From Negaprion brevirostris (Eukaryota), in NCBI GenBank assembly GCA_030324005.1, contig JARDVH010000124.1, forward strand, positions 34,537,076-34,601,075: a DNA stretch of 64,000 nt. Reading direction: 5' to 3'. Below the pieces are notes generated by a model. It did not search any database. It was not told where the DNA came from and saw only the letters and a list, made by a program, of their open reading frames with translations. Every line of letters begins with the position of its first letter. The stretch's first letter is position 1. Below, piece by piece: positions 61,354 to 64,000 of the stretch. The position numbers were made by a program, and so were the translations under genes.

Positions 61354-63417
61354 CAGACTTGTCTAATCTCCAGCCCATGGGCCACTACTTGGCCTACAAC
61401 GCTGCTCTATCCGGTCTGTAGACCTGATGTTCAGAATACACCAAATGCGGGAGATAAACAACCTCAGGTTGGAGGAGCAAAATGAACAATGTGAAGGTGA
61501 ATGGTTTCTCTTTTGTTTACACAGCATGAGCTTTGTCTGAGCCCTGTCATTAAATATTGAGGACTAGGCGATCTAACGTCAAAAACACCAAAAGCAGTCC
61601 TACTGCAAGCTGCGGAATGTTACAGCTTTTGTTTTTCTTCATCTGTTATCCCATTGGTACTTAGATCAGAGATTTGTTATACGGATGCTTGCCAGCTGAT
61701 TCACTTATTGCTCAAATGGCGTCAAAGATTGATCAAGAGGCATGCAGAGAGTTGAATAACCTGATCCAGGTGGTAACTACCATGTCAATTTGAGTTATTT
61801 TCAAAATTGATGGATGACTTATTGTTCCTGATTCAAGACTTTAAACTTCAATGCAGAAATTAGCACCCTCTTTCTCGCCTCCCCAGCACAGGCACAACCC
61901 CAAAAGGAGCACAGGGCCAAAATGATGGAGAGGCCGTGAAGAAAGGCAGAGTGGTGGCAACAGCACCTGCTCAGCCTCCCATGCCTAGGGCAACTGGAGT
62001 CTCTGATAGGGCAGGACAAGGCAGAGTAATTTGGCACCATCACTGCCATTGCACTTTCTTTCAAGTGTAGTTGGTTAAGTCTGGTACATTTTGGGTATTC
62101 AATCCCTACAACATAGGAACTAGTCCATAACCTCACCTAATATATTCCTTTTGGTTGTTTCTCTTTCTTTTCCAGTCCTTGCTGCCAGCAAAATCTTCTA
62201 GTCCCACTGAAGTGTGGAATTCACTACCACAGAATATAGTTGAGGCCAAAACGTTATCTGATTTCAAGAAGAAATTAGGTATAGCTCTAAGGGCTAAATG
62301 GATCAAGGGATATGAGGAAGGGGGGGGGAGTGTATCAGGATGTTGAATTTGATGATCAGCCAGGATCAAAATGAATGGCAGAGCAGGCCTGAAGGGCCAA
62401 ATGGCCTACTCCTGCTTCTGGTTTCTATGTTTCTAAGTAGACCCACTGGTGAGCAAAGATCTGTAAATTTGACAGGATCAGAAGATCTTGTTGGCAGCCA
62501 ATGAATCATTTCTGTCCTTTATCTTTCAAAAAAAACTAAAGTAAAACGTCAAACACAGATATAAACGGCTTTTTGAGGACATGAGGTTAAGTCATGCTGA
62601 GCTCCTGCAAGCTTTCCCAAGCAAGGGCTCTAGAGAGGGTTAACAAGAAGGTTGGTAAGCAGGACGCAATGTGGCACTCAAGAGGAGGTTGGGAAAGCTC
62701 ATGATGTGGGAAGACCCACCAAATAGGAGGAGTTCCAGCCCACTGTCTCTTGATTGATTCCTCCTGAGGTAGAGTGTCCAAACTTGTGGGCTTGGGTGGG
62801 AGATGTGTGAGTGTGTGTCTGTGAATGGAAGAGAGCGAGAGCTCTTGGACTGGGTGTGAGCCAGACATGCGTACACACTTCCCCTCCATCTCCTCTGTCC
62901 CAAAAACCTATCTACAAAGAGGAGGGAAAACCCAGGCAAAGAGGTAACCTGCTTCTGACCCCTGCTTTTGTCTGAATTTTGCTGATGCCAGCTCAGATTG
63001 TGGCAGAAGCAGGAAAAAGTAGTAAAATGGGAAAATAAGAATACTGGTCAGAGCTGTTTTTATTCCTTCTGGGAGTGCAGTGTTAGTTGAACTTAACACC
63101 TTAGCTCAGTCCCAGTATCAACCCCTTCCCTGGTGACCAGGACTTGGGGCCTAGTCTGTCTCTCTATCTCTGACTCTTAAGTGAAAGGCAAAAAAAGTTT
63201 CATTGGTTAGCTGTGCTGTTTGTTTTTTTTAATGATAATTTTTATGAATTGCTGTTTATTTAGAAAGATCAGTTTGTTGTTTTGACATTGATTTCTAAAC
63301 AAAAAATAATCTTTCATGTAGTGCCAAATCTCCTCATCCTGAAATGTGCCGCCAGGCTCTTTATTGAGAAAAAAAATTGACATGTGATCCTTGATGCTAA
63401 AAGGTTGGACAAGCCTA
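61354..63417. mobile_element. hAT (Charlie-like) non-autonomous element carrying nested insertions
   Basis: Left end CAGACTTGTCTAATCTCCAGCCCATGGGCCAC; right end AAAAGGTTGGACAAGCCTA; 8-bp flanks CCCTAAAG / GCTTAAAG. Confidence 0.7.
62205..62435 (+). mobile_element. CR1 3' end
   Basis: GTGTGGAATTCACTACCACAGAA..GAAGGGCCAAATGGCCTACTCCTGCTTCTGGTTTCTATGTTTCTA. Confidence 0.92.
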
Positions 63418-64000
63418 GCTTAAAGGATATCACCCCTCAGCCCCTACTACAGCTTATGTAGTTATAATCGCTTTTTGCGTTGGGAATTTGTAGAGAATTG
63501 AGCGAGAGGCTAGTCATGCCCACTTGACCCATTTAAATATAGCAGGATGCATTAAAGGAAGAAAGGAGAANNNNNNNNNNNNNNNNNNNNNNNNNNNNNN
63601 NNNNNNNNNNNNNNNNNNNNNNNNNNNNNNNNNNNNNNNNNNNNNNNNNNNNNNNNNNNNNNNNNNNNNNNNNNNNNNNNNNNNNNNNNNNNNNNNNNNN
63701 NNNNNNNNNNNNNNNNNNNNNNNNNNNNNNNNNNNNNNNNNNNNNNNNNNNNNNNNNNNCAGTGAGCAAATCTGAACCACCACTTGCAGGTCAGGGGAAC
63801 ACCACTGTGAAAGTGGTGATGTTAAAGACTGCAAGCAAGGTTGTCACTGATGGTTATCATAACATAACAGTGCTTGACTGAAACTGATAACCTACTGAGC
63901 ATTGAAGTTGCACTTTAAACCAAAGGTAGATTTAAGCATATCAGAATATCATCCTCATCTTCTTTGTAGACATATGTTGAGAATGGTTCCATGCAAATAA

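Noticed and set aside
1-64000. CRISPR arrays, operons or prokaryotic defence systems
   Set aside because: No regularly spaced repeat-spacer array or dense ORF packing; the sequence is vertebrate repeat-rich DNA.

Overview
This is eukaryotic, CpG-depleted vertebrate DNA with many assembly N-gaps. The repeat families (HE1-type V-SINEs, HER1/CR1 LINEs, a SacSINE1-like Deu-SINE, Rex1/Babar, RTE, Penelope, Gypsy, PIF/Harbinger, hAT) point to a cartilaginous fish, probably a shark. The window is intronic or intergenic and largely built from nested, decayed transposons. I found no intact host protein-coding gene that I can name. The recognisable non-TE relics are two diverged histone H2B copies (7564-7890, 8377-8655), set in a locally duplicated block, and a U2 snRNA-derived element (49277-49505). 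The U2-derived element has an internal insertion, a stem-loop III preserved by compensatory changes and an A-rich tail; it is the most interesting item. Other notable points are a LINE carrying a tRNA-like SINE head, a V-SINE subfamily with a Rex1-like 3' tail, Penelope minimal hammerhead cores, a CpG-retaining segment inside a dead Harbinger, and a few weak exon candidates. All family names come from manual recognition of motifs, not database searches, and most repeat boundaries are approximate (about 20-50 bp).
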